Below are positions 8,165-15,757 of a DNA stretch of 44,828 nt, one piece after another. The position numbers were made by a program, and so were the translations under genes. How positions within the stretch are numbered: position 1 is the first letter of the stretch; each line of letters starts with the position of its first letter. The notes beneath the pieces are model-generated. The model saw only the letters and a program-made list of their open reading frames with translations. It searched no databases and was not told the origin of the DNA. The DNA lies in the NCBI GenBank assembly GCA_030646675.1, contig JAUSKX010000006.1, positions 1-44,828 of the forward strand, read 5' to 3'. The DNA is from Candidatus Azambacteria bacterium. GTDB lineage: Bacteria; Patescibacteriota; Minisyncoccia; UBA10092.

Positions 8165-9550
8165 CTATTTGTTTGCGGTTTGCCTTTCTTTTTGTTTTTC
8201 CCACAAGTCGCGTATTAAAAAGTGGGTTGTCGCTTTTGCGTGAACACAAAATCGCTCATCAAGAGCATAGATAGTTCCCTTTGTTCGGTAGGCGTTGTAT
8301 GGACAACCTCCGCCGCAATTACCTAGAGCGACGCAACTTCTACATACCTTGTTGGCGAGCGGCGAGCGTTTTCTCCACTGTTTCCAGAACGGATGAGATT
8401 CCGGCTCGAATGTTTCAAGTGGTTCTGTGACGAAAAACTCTTTTCTGCCGCAGAAAGCCTGACAGACGCCAATTTTGCCATCCGGACTCACCACAATCTG
8501 AAGCCCGCAACCGCCGCAGTCACTCAGCACAGGCGTTTTGTCAAGAAAATTCTTGACCCGCCGCATCATGCGATCTTCGTAGATGCCGGCCGCTCGCGCC
8601 ATTTTGAAGCTCTCAATGAGTTTTTGAGCGACAATTTCTCCATATTGAGTCTTTTCACCGCTGACGATGGGATCGACTTCATTTTCAATGAGAATGTTAA
8701 ACCCCATTCCTTTAGCTCCCAGTTCATCTGCAAGCCACCGCACGATTTCTTTCATTCGGAAAAGATTATGCCGATCGATGGTTACGCAGATGCCAGTTTT
8801 AACTCCCATCTGTTGCGCGAGCCGATATGAGCGCATTACTTCGTCGAACGTTCCTTTTCCAGAAGAGTAGACACGCATTTGGTCATGGATTTCCTTTGGT
8901 CCATCGACAGAAATCGCGACCACTACTTCAGTTGCTTTGCACTGAGTGAGAATTTCTTTATCAAGGAGAATCCCGTTCGTGTTTACTGTAATCGGGAGTT
9001 TTCCGGGAAGAAGCTTCTTTGCTTTCAATCTATCAATGTACTGGAGCACTTCAAGAAGTACTTCTTTGTTGAGAGTCGGTTCTCCACCATAAATCACGAT
9101 GTGTTGCTCGGGGTGACCTTTCGTGATGCTCCTTTTTACACAATGGGTGAAAAGGTCCAGCGCCTTAATTGCGGTTTCTTTTTTCATCAGAGAAGATTGG
9201 TAACCGTGAGGCATAGGGGCCAAGAAGTAGCAGTATCGGCAACGGATGTTGCAGGCATCGGAAAGTAGCAGATAAAGGATGTTGATTGCTGGTTCATCAA
9301 GTGCCTTCTGATATTCCCGATATAATTCATAGCCGTCGGCTCGCTCCTTAATGAGGAGTCCGAGCCCTTCCAGTTGTTCGAGTATACGCTCTGAAGTGGC
9401 GTCAGAACTGATGAACACTTGCTCCTGTTGGTATTGCTTTATAAAATCCTTTTTCAAAAACGCGACTTCCAGATTTAGGCTGTTATAGAGAGCAATATAC
9501 TCGTCATCAACGGAGATTACGTGCAAGAACGGGCTTTGTTCAAACTTCAT
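8165..9550 (-). CDS. Radical SAM/SPASM-domain peptide maturase-like enzyme 1
   Basis: CxxxCxxC cluster motif (CNIRCRYC). C-terminal SPASM-type Cys clusters (CGGCGLQIVVSPDGKIGVC...CRSCVALGNCGGGCPYN). About 100-aa N-terminal extension before the SAM motif. I prefer the ATG at 9550 (AAGGAG 9 nt upstream) over the track's TTG at 9649. Confidence 0.85.
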   Translation of the reverse strand: MKFEQSPFLHVISVDDEYIALYNSLNLEVAFLKKDFIKQYQQEQVFISSDATSERILEQLEGLGLLIKERADGYELYREYQKALDEPAINILYLLLSDACNIRCRYCYFLAPMPHGYQSSLMKKETAIKALDLFTHCVKRSITKGHPEQHIVIYGGEPTLNKEVLLEVLQYIDRLKAKKLLPGKLPITVNTNGILLDKEILTQCKATEVVVAISVDGPKEIHDQMRVYSSGKGTFDEVMRSYRLAQQMGVKTGICVTIDRHNLFRMKEIVRWLADELGAKGMGFNILIENEVDPIVSGEKTQYGEIVAQKLIESFKMARAAGIYEDRMMRRVKNFLDKTPVLSDCGGCGLQIVVSPDGKIGVCQAFCGRKEFFVTEPLETFEPESHPFWKQWRKRSPLANKVCRSCVALGNCGGGCPYNAYRTKGTIYALDERFCVHAKATTHFLIRDLWEKQKERQTANK

Positions 9551-9726
9551 GTGTCTCATCTCCTTTCGATTGTAAAAGTGCTTGATTTTGAGAAACTCGC
9601 TGGGAGTTTCTTTGGCGCCTAGGATAACATAGTTTACCAATTGGCGCAAGGATTTGGTATTGGTGTGGGCGCTGGAAGAATCGGACTTCCACTCTTCTCA
9701 AACATTTTATCCAAAGTGATTATGTT

Positions 9727-10398
9727 CTAATTAAAATTATGACTCGACTCAAAAATTCCCTTGGCCCAACCTGAGATTTTTAAAAATAATTCCGTGCTGA
9801 GAACATAAGCATCAAAAGTTCCAAATGGTAAATTATCTTTTTTATTTTTGCTAGAGGGGTTCATTTTTCTGTATGTCTTAAAAAATTTATTAAGGGGAAT
9901 CCCGGATACCCCCGACCAGTATTCTTCTGCTTTTTTATAATCCAAATGTGGATGTATATGGATATAACCTCTAAATTTTTCTTCCGGTACATTACAAATT
10001 CTTCTAAAAAAGGTCATTATGATTCTTATCATTTCCGGGTCGCTATTAGAAAATCTTACCAATCCTCTTTGTGTTTTTCCTCCTTCAGCCCAATAAAGCA
10101 TAATTCCAATTAACCATAATTCTCTTTCAGACAGGTTTTTAATTTCTTTAGTGGCTGCATCTATAATAATTTGTCTTTTTGCACTCTCATTTCTAAGACG
10201 AGTTGTTCTTCTTTGTTCTATTATGCCTTTTTGAATGCCCTTTTGAGAAAGCTCTAATTTCTGCTCTGGCGTTAGCCTAATATTCCCAACCCACAAACTA
10301 ACAGAGCTTTTAGCAACGCCCAACTTTTTGTGAATTTCATTAAAAGAATGGCCAAGAGAACGTAATCGTCTGGCCTCTAATTTTTCTTTTAATCTCAT
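9727..10398 (-). CDS. HTH-domain protein with a LAGLIDADG-like homing-endonuclease-like C-terminal region
   Basis: N-terminal HTH (LGHSFNEIHKKLGVAKSSVSLWV). Motif LIGIMLYWAEGGK resembles a LAGLIDADG-type core. Stand-alone gene among tRNA genes. Confidence 0.35.
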   Translation of the reverse strand: MRLKEKLEARRLRSLGHSFNEIHKKLGVAKSSVSLWVGNIRLTPEQKLELSQKGIQKGIIEQRRTTRLRNESAKRQIIIDAATKEIKNLSERELWLIGIMLYWAEGGKTQRGLVRFSNSDPEMIRIIMTFFRRICNVPEEKFRGYIHIHPHLDYKKAEEYWSGVSGIPLNKFFKTYRKMNPSSKNKKDNLPFGTFDAYVLSTELFLKISGWAKGIFESSHNFN

Positions 10399-10458
10399 AA
10401 TTGAACCTTTAAGTATATTACTACAATAAGCATACTCTAAAAGTTCAATTATTTCTAG

Positions 10459-10531
10459 TGGGTGGTATAGGATTCGAACCTATAACCCCTGCGATGTAAA
10501 CGCAGTGCTCTGGCCGTTGAGCTAACCACCC
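10459..10531 (-). tRNA. tRNA-Val(UAC)
   Basis: 73-nt cloverleaf with acceptor GGGTGGT/ACCACCC, anticodon loop TTTACAT and T-loop TTCGAAT. Confidence 0.9.
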
Positions 10532-10543
10532 TAAAAGATAATC

Positions 10544-10927
10544 CTAGTTTAGCATGATATTTTTGATATGCTCAACTTGAGCATTTTTTGTTTCAAAATC
10601 TAATTTGAGCGCCAAAACATCTATCCGCCAATCTTGGCTTTCAGAGATTCTATGTTCCTTTAAATATGTTGCAACTATTTTTGATAATTGCCGTTTCTTG
10701 TGGAACCCAACATTTTCTTCCGGCCGCCATTCAAAATTTATATTTTGCGCTTTGACTTCAATAAAAATTAATTCTTGTATTTGACCAGTCGTCTCTCGCG
10801 CAACAATATCAATCTCTCCCCATGGCTTGCGGTAATTTCTTTCTACAATTTCATACCCGTGTTTTTCCAGATATTTTACCGCAATATCTTCTCCCAATTT
10901 ACCGGTATCTTGTTTTTTAGTTGTCAT
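10544..10927 (-). CDS. yraN: YraN family endonuclease (UPF0102)
   Basis: 127 aa with the family pattern GKLGEDIAVKYLEKHGYEIVERNYR...GEIDIVA...LIFIEVKA. Confidence 0.8.
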   Translation of the reverse strand: MTTKKQDTGKLGEDIAVKYLEKHGYEIVERNYRKPWGEIDIVARETTGQIQELIFIEVKAQNINFEWRPEENVGFHKKRQLSKIVATYLKEHRISESQDWRIDVLALKLDFETKNAQVEHIKNIMLN

Positions 10928-10928
10928 A

Positions 10929-11000
10929 TGCCCCCGAAGGGAATCGGACCCCTATCAACGCCTTAGAAGAGCGCTGCTTTATCCATTAAGCTACGGGGGC
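10929..11000 (-). tRNA. tRNA-Arg(UCU)
   Basis: 72-nt cloverleaf with acceptor GCCCCCG/CGGGGGC and anticodon loop CTTCTAA. T-loop is TCCGATT (C55). Confidence 0.85.
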
Positions 11001-11037
11001 TTAGATAAACAACAAAATTAAAATACCATAAAATTGG

Positions 11038-11066
11038 TTGAATTTCAATTAAAATTACAATATAAT
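11038..11066 (+). promoter_or_regulatory. Sigma-70-type promoter for the tRNA-Pro/tRNA-Ala pair
   Basis: TTGAAT, 17-nt spacer, TATAAT (11061-11066). Confidence 0.6.
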
Positions 11067-11106
11067 ATGAGCGAACCCGCCTTCGCCAAGGCTTCGGCGG
11101 GCACAG

Positions 11107-11177
11107 CGGGGTGTCGTATACCGGTAGTACGCATGCTTTGGGAGCATGTAGACTGGGTTCAATTCCCAGCACCCCGA
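11107..11177 (+). tRNA. tRNA-Pro(UGG)
   Basis: 71 nt with acceptor CGGGGTG/CACCCCG, anticodon stem CATGC/GCATG, loop TTTGGGA (G37) and T-loop TTCAATT. Confidence 0.85.
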
Positions 11178-11198
11178 TAGGGTTGAAAAATTAATTAA

Positions 11199-11269
11199 GG
11201 GCCTATAGTAAAGTGGTATTACGCTACATTCGCATTGTAGAGGCGGCAGTCCGATTCTGCCTAGGTCCA
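11199..11269 (+). tRNA. tRNA-Ala(CGC)
   Basis: 71 nt with acceptor GGGCCTA/TAGGTCC carrying the G3:U70 identity pair. Anticodon loop TTCGCAT, T-loop TCCGATT (C55). Confidence 0.88.
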
Positions 11270-11276
11270 CAAAATT

Positions 11277-12191
11277 ATGCCAAAAAACATTAAAATTGCT
11301 AAAAATTACGAGACATACAGCGCGGATGGCCGAATACCTTTGGAAAAACTTTACAGGGCCTTTTTAAGCTTGCCGGAAAAGGATTGGGACAGGAAGGTTA
11401 TATATACAGAAATAGTAAAGTTGAGTAATGGTCAGAAAGTTGATGCCCCTATTCTTTCCTTTTCCACAAAAATAAAAGGACCGGCGCTTTGGCTTATTTC
11501 CGGAATACACGGGGAAGAGCCGGCAGGGCCGAATGCCCTGGCAAGGAGTTCGGCAATAAGAAATTACCGCATTCCGGTAGTTCTTTTACCGCTCTGTAAC
11601 CCAAAGGGATATCGGCAAAACTGGCGGTATTTAGATAAACGCCGTGGTGAGAGCGGTAAAAGCGTCGGCGATTCGGAACATCTACTCCTTAATTCGGTAA
11701 ATGTTACGGTAAATAAGCCCCGCAGAAAATTACCGAACTCCCTGCAGGCCGGCGCCTTAACAAAAGAAGTGTTGCGCCTTTCCAAAACCCACCCGCCATT
11801 GCTCACGATTGACTTTCACGAAGACGAATTGGTAAAAGGAGAACATTATATGTATTCTCAAGGAAAAGACGGCTTTGCGGACCCGGTAGTTAAGGAGATT
11901 GTTCGCATATTTCAGGAAAATGACCTTAAATTCATGAAAGACGGTAAAAGATGGTTTGGAAAAAATATTAAAGATGGGATTATCCACGGCGTTCATGACG
12001 GTTCGATTGACGAACTTCTTTCGGCGGAAAAAATTTTCTTAAACGGCAAAATCACCAAAAAACCGGCGGCAAAGTCCGTAATTGTCATTGAAACACCGAT
12101 AAAAAATTCGCCGATTGAAAAACGCGTTAAAACTATGGAATTGGTTATTAAATCGTTAAAAGATTTTTGGAAAATAAGGAGTTGTAATTAG
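11277..12191 (+). CDS. M14-family zinc carboxypeptidase-like protein
   Basis: 304 aa with an HxxE zinc motif in context (WLISGIHGEEPAGPNAL) and a downstream DFHEDE His. Confidence 0.6.
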   Translation: MPKNIKIAKNYETYSADGRIPLEKLYRAFLSLPEKDWDRKVIYTEIVKLSNGQKVDAPILSFSTKIKGPALWLISGIHGEEPAGPNALARSSAIRNYRIPVVLLPLCNPKGYRQNWRYLDKRRGESGKSVGDSEHLLLNSVNVTVNKPRRKLPNSLQAGALTKEVLRLSKTHPPLLTIDFHEDELVKGEHYMYSQGKDGFADPVVKEIVRIFQENDLKFMKDGKRWFGKNIKDGIIHGVHDGSIDELLSAEKIFLNGKITKKPAAKSVIVIETPIKNSPIEKRVKTMELVIKSLKDFWKIRSCN

Positions 12192-12255
12192 AAAAACTTT
12201 TGTGATATAGTACCCATATAAAGGTCATTATTAATCATTAATAAAATTTATTGCC

Positions 12256-12501
12256 ATGAAAAAAATAGGAAAAGTTACCCATTATTACGGCAATATCGGA
12301 GTTGCCATTATTGAGCTCTCCGCAAAATTGTCGGCGGGCGACAAAGTTAAATTCAGCGATGGGAAAAGCGAGTTTGAACAGACGATTGAATCGATGCAGA
12401 TTGAGCACAAAGATATCCCATCGGCGAAAAAAGGCGATATGATTGGCGTCAAGGTTGACGAAAAAGTCAGCGAAGGCGCGGAAGTTTCTTTGGTAGACTA
12501 A
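12256..12501 (+). CDS. Small EF-Tu domain 2-like beta-barrel protein (translation elongation factor-like)
   Basis: 81 aa (IGKVTHYYGNIGVAIIELSAKLSAGDKVKF...KGDMIGVKVDEKVSEGAEV). Confidence 0.5.
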   Translation: MKKIGKVTHYYGNIGVAIIELSAKLSAGDKVKFSDGKSEFEQTIESMQIEHKDIPSAKKGDMIGVKVDEKVSEGAEVSLVD

Positions 12502-12550
12502 TGAATTCGCGCAAATATTATATGGCGCGTTAAGAGCGCGGTTTTTGTGC

Positions 12551-12623
12551 GGTGCCCATAGTGTAGCGGTTAACACTAGAGTTTGTGGAACTCTCATCAC
12601 GGGTTCGAATCCCGTTGGGCACC
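12551..12623 (+). tRNA. tRNA-His(GUG)
   Basis: 73 nt including an encoded G-1 paired to C73. Acceptor GTGCCCA/TGGGCAC, anticodon loop TTGTGGA. Confidence 0.9.
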
Positions 12624-12697
12624 CATTTGACGAAATCAATTAATTTATGTATACCATGCACGTAGTCAGAGCATGGAAATTTAGGTGATTTTTGTTG

Positions 12698-12744
12698 GAT
12701 CTTTAACAATTTAGCCCAAAAATGCCTGAAAGGAGGGCGAAGAG
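12698..12744 (+). promoter_or_regulatory. Conserved 5' leader, copy 2 (shared with 3846-3894)
   Basis: gatctttaacaatttagcccaaaaatgcctgaaaggagggcgaagag directly before the ATG of the radical SAM gene. The 21-nt core is identical to copy 1. Confidence 0.6.
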
Positions 12745-14133
12745 ATGAAAATTAATCGAAAGATTCCATTAATTAAATCGCAATTTGTTCAAGTAATCAA
12801 AAATAATAGTAAAACCATAATCTGGCACTCGCTTTTTGGGAATCCCAAAATCGTTTCAAAAGATACTATAGCGTTGCTCAATATTTTTTCTAATTCGCGC
12901 TCTCTATCTTCTGTCCTGGGCGAATATAATATTGGAGAAAATGGCATAGAAGTCATTCAAGACTTAATTGCAAGCCACTATTTAATTCCCAAAAATTTTG
13001 ACGAGAGAAAATTTCTCGCTAAACGCATGCAAGAGCGCGAAGAGTCTATTACCAGTGGATCGCTCATTGATTATCTTGAGCTTATCATGTCTGAAGCATG
13101 TAATTTTCGTTGCATATATTGTATTCACTTCAACAATCTTGGAATAACTGACCGGATAAAAAATCCGAAGAAATTCATGACCTTTAAAATTGCGAAAGAA
13201 GCGGTAGATCAGTATCTAAAGATTTTACAACGACATGGGAAAAATGTGGCAAGTATAAACTTCGGCGGAGGCGAGCCCCTTCTCGTGTGGTCGGTAATAG
13301 AGCAAGTGATTAAATACTGTATTTCCCACTATAGTCATGATTTCGTATTTCGATTCTCAATCAACACGAACGCTTCTTTGATTACGGCTGATATTGCCAG
13401 AAAACTCAAAGAATATCGTGTGGAAATTGCGTCGAGTCTTGATGGTCTTCGTGATGGAAACAATCAAGTTCGGCTTACGAAATCCGGTGGCGGAACCTTT
13501 AGGGCCATAATGCGAGGATTTGATAATCTTGCGGAACAAGGTCACCCACTGAAAGGCATTGCCATTACAGTAAATGAAAAAAACTTCCCGTTTCTTGACG
13601 AGAAAATCATTAACTGGGCTTCTAATCGACAGATGCAAGAAGTTCGAATTGATATTGATGTTATTGGCATGGTTGAAATACCAGTCGATGATATTGTCGA
13701 GAAATTAATGAGAATACGGCAATACGCTAAAAGTCGCGAAATTGAGGTCGCCGGTTTTTGGTCCCGGCCGGCTGAAAATCTTAATGATTTGACACTGAAT
13801 ACGCATATAGCATTCTGCGGAGCGGTTCGCGGCAATAGTATATGTGTAAATCCTTCCGGTGATATATACGGATGCGGTTACAGCACTAAACAGCTTGGAA
13901 CGCTTCATCAAATTGAATCATTCTATGTTCCTGGGAGCCGATACCATCTTTTTGTGAAAGACCATCTGACTGGAGCAATTGAAATGTGTAAAGGATGTAT
14001 AATTGAAGGACAATGCGGCGGAGGATGTAATATTACACAAGAATTCGCTCGCGCAACCAAGACTGTAAAAATCAAACGAATGTGCGCTTTTTATCGTAAA
14101 ATGACGCGAAAACTTCTTCTCGAACAAATTTAA
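12745..14133 (+). CDS. Radical SAM/SPASM-domain peptide maturase-like enzyme 2 (paralog of 8165-9550)
   Basis: 462 aa with CNFRCIYC cluster motif, GGGEPLL, and C-terminal SPASM Cys clusters (CGAVRGNSICVNPSGDIYGC...CKGCIIEGQCGGGCNIT). About 118-aa N-terminal extension. Confidence 0.85.
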   Translation: MKINRKIPLIKSQFVQVIKNNSKTIIWHSLFGNPKIVSKDTIALLNIFSNSRSLSSVLGEYNIGENGIEVIQDLIASHYLIPKNFDERKFLAKRMQEREESITSGSLIDYLELIMSEACNFRCIYCIHFNNLGITDRIKNPKKFMTFKIAKEAVDQYLKILQRHGKNVASINFGGGEPLLVWSVIEQVIKYCISHYSHDFVFRFSINTNASLITADIARKLKEYRVEIASSLDGLRDGNNQVRLTKSGGGTFRAIMRGFDNLAEQGHPLKGIAITVNEKNFPFLDEKIINWASNRQMQEVRIDIDVIGMVEIPVDDIVEKLMRIRQYAKSREIEVAGFWSRPAENLNDLTLNTHIAFCGAVRGNSICVNPSGDIYGCGYSTKQLGTLHQIESFYVPGSRYHLFVKDHLTGAIEMCKGCIIEGQCGGGCNITQEFARATKTVKIKRMCAFYRKMTRKLLLEQI

Positions 14134-14145
14134 AGAAAGGAGGTA

Positions 14146-14253
14146 ATGGCTATGAAAAAGACGCGGTCTAGCAAGCAGCTGAATCTGGCAATAAAGCCCC
14201 TTCCCAAGCGGAAAGTGCTCAATACTTGCCAGGCGCCCAGCAACTGCCACTAA
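14146..14253 (+). CDS. 35-aa peptide, candidate RiPP precursor (absent from the ORF track)
   Basis: Hand translation gives MAMKKTRSSKQLNLAIKPLPKRKVLNTCQAPSNCH*. AGGAGG at 14138-14143. The second ATG at 14152 has better SD spacing and would give 33 aa. Starts 13 nt after the radical SAM stop. Confidence 0.55.
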   Translation: MAMKKTRSSKQLNLAIKPLPKRKVLNTCQAPSNCH

Positions 14254-14312
14254 CATGGTGGCTTTACAGGGCTAAGGGAAAATGTTATAATTCCTTTAGC
14301 CCTGTTTTATTT

Positions 14313-15029
14313 ATGAATAAATTTGTTCAAAAAATCTGCAGTAGTATAGTAGAACAATATAAACAAGACAAAAATGTCTTGGGGGTTATGTTGTTCGGGT
14401 CTGCGGCAAGAAATAAATTTGATCAATATTCCGACATAGATATTTATATTTTACTGAATAAAAAGGGCAAATTTTCAAGGATTAATTTTATAAAAAATGG
14501 AATACGCGTTGATATCATTTTGAATACAATAGCGGAGGCAAAGGAGTATCTCAAAAAAGATAAAAATGCATTGAAAAGAATAACCTCGCACATGATAGCT
14601 TGTGGCGTAATTCTTTTTCAGAGAAGAAAAGTTTTAAAGAAAATTCAATCTGTTGCAAAGAATAATTTGCAATTAAAAACTAAATATAAGAGTAGTGAAG
14701 TTTTGATGCACAAATATTCCATAGATGATTTTTGGGGGGAAGTTCAACGAGATGCACAAAATGAAGATTATTTAGCTTTTAATTTAGATAGTCATTTATT
14801 AGTGAATAATATTATAGAATTATTCCTTAAGTTGAATGGAAAATTCTTAAAACAACCAAATGAAATGTTTGGACTACTCAATAAGCTGGATAGTAATTTC
14901 TGTAGTATTCTAAAAAATTTTTATATAGCAAATAGCATTGATCAGAAAAAAGATATATTAGAAAAACTTGTAAATTATATTTACAAAAAATCGGGCGGCT
15001 CATTGCCTCAACGATGGAAAGTTCTTTAA
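14313..15029 (+). CDS. Nucleotidyltransferase (Pol-beta superfamily, KNTase-like with helical C-terminal domain)
   Basis: Motifs LFGSAARN...DIDIYILL (GS...DxD). I prefer the ATG at 14313. The track's upstream extension overlaps the peptide gene. Confidence 0.7.
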   Translation: MNKFVQKICSSIVEQYKQDKNVLGVMLFGSAARNKFDQYSDIDIYILLNKKGKFSRINFIKNGIRVDIILNTIAEAKEYLKKDKNALKRITSHMIACGVILFQRRKVLKKIQSVAKNNLQLKTKYKSSEVLMHKYSIDDFWGEVQRDAQNEDYLAFNLDSHLLVNNIIELFLKLNGKFLKQPNEMFGLLNKLDSNFCSILKNFYIANSIDQKKDILEKLVNYIYKKSGGSLPQRWKVL

Positions 15030-15057
15030 TATTCCGAACAAAAGGAGGTGAAGACCA

Positions 15058-15666
15058 ATGTTTGTATATGTGGGTGGCGTATCTGGAGTCGGTAAATCAA
15101 AAATTGTAACGGAGGCAGAAAAGTTAGCGCGAAAACGTGGAATTAAAATGGAATTAATTAATGGAGCAACTATTCTTTGCGGATTGACCGGTGCGACAAA
15201 TATAAGCGAATTACAAACATTGTCTGAAAATGCAAGATTAGATCTTCACGCGAAAATGAATCAAAGATTATATGAGATAGACCGTCAAGATCCGAAAACG
15301 ATTCGGGTGGCCGATGGATATTTCATGTATTTTGATGTCCCAAAAGTATCAGAATGTGGCATTAGAGAGCTCCAGCCATGGAATAAAAATCAAATTTTAG
15401 GGATAACGATACTGATTGCTGAACCACACATCATTTTACGGCGTCGCATTCAAGATATCGGAAAGCGTCCAGATAGAAAATGCGATTTGAGGTTATTAAT
15501 TCAAGAACAGTATACGGAAATTAAAGATATTTTATTGCAAGCCGCTAAGATTAATATGCGTCCTTATTTTATAAGAAATGAGGTAACAGAGGGCTCATTA
15601 GCTGCAGAGGCGCTTCTTTCATTTTGTACGCTCCAAGCATTTTGTGGAAAAATATCACGACATTGA
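15058..15666 (+). CDS. P-loop NTPase, nucleoside/nucleotide kinase-like
   Basis: Walker A at the extreme N-terminus (VGGVSGVGKSK). About 200 aa. Strong SD (AAAGGAGG) upstream. Confidence 0.6.
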   Translation: MFVYVGGVSGVGKSKIVTEAEKLARKRGIKMELINGATILCGLTGATNISELQTLSENARLDLHAKMNQRLYEIDRQDPKTIRVADGYFMYFDVPKVSECGIRELQPWNKNQILGITILIAEPHIILRRRIQDIGKRPDRKCDLRLLIQEQYTEIKDILLQAAKINMRPYFIRNEVTEGSLAAEALLSFCTLQAFCGKISRH

Positions 15667-15757
15667 TTTCACTTAAGTCTGCGATTTATTTAACATTGTA
15701 AATCGTGGGCTTTTTTTATATTATTAACCAGATGATTATTTATCTAGGAGGATAACA

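Noticed and set aside
9637-9705. 23-aa minus-strand ORF MFEKSGSPILPAPTPIPNPCANW immediately upstream of radical SAM gene 1, considered as a second precursor peptide
   Set aside because: It has a weak ribosome-binding context (ctttggataaaATG), only one Cys and a very short length, and I cannot show conservation. It is worth a tblastn check but is not supportable as a feature.
10963-11270. Two minus-strand ORFs (69 and 71 aa) from the track
   Set aside because: They overlap tRNA-Arg, tRNA-Pro and tRNA-Ala and the promoter between them. These are GC-rich tRNA sequences read as protein.
12238-12639. 133-aa minus-strand ORF from the track
   Set aside because: It is antisense to the EF-like gene and runs through tRNA-His, so it is a shadow ORF.
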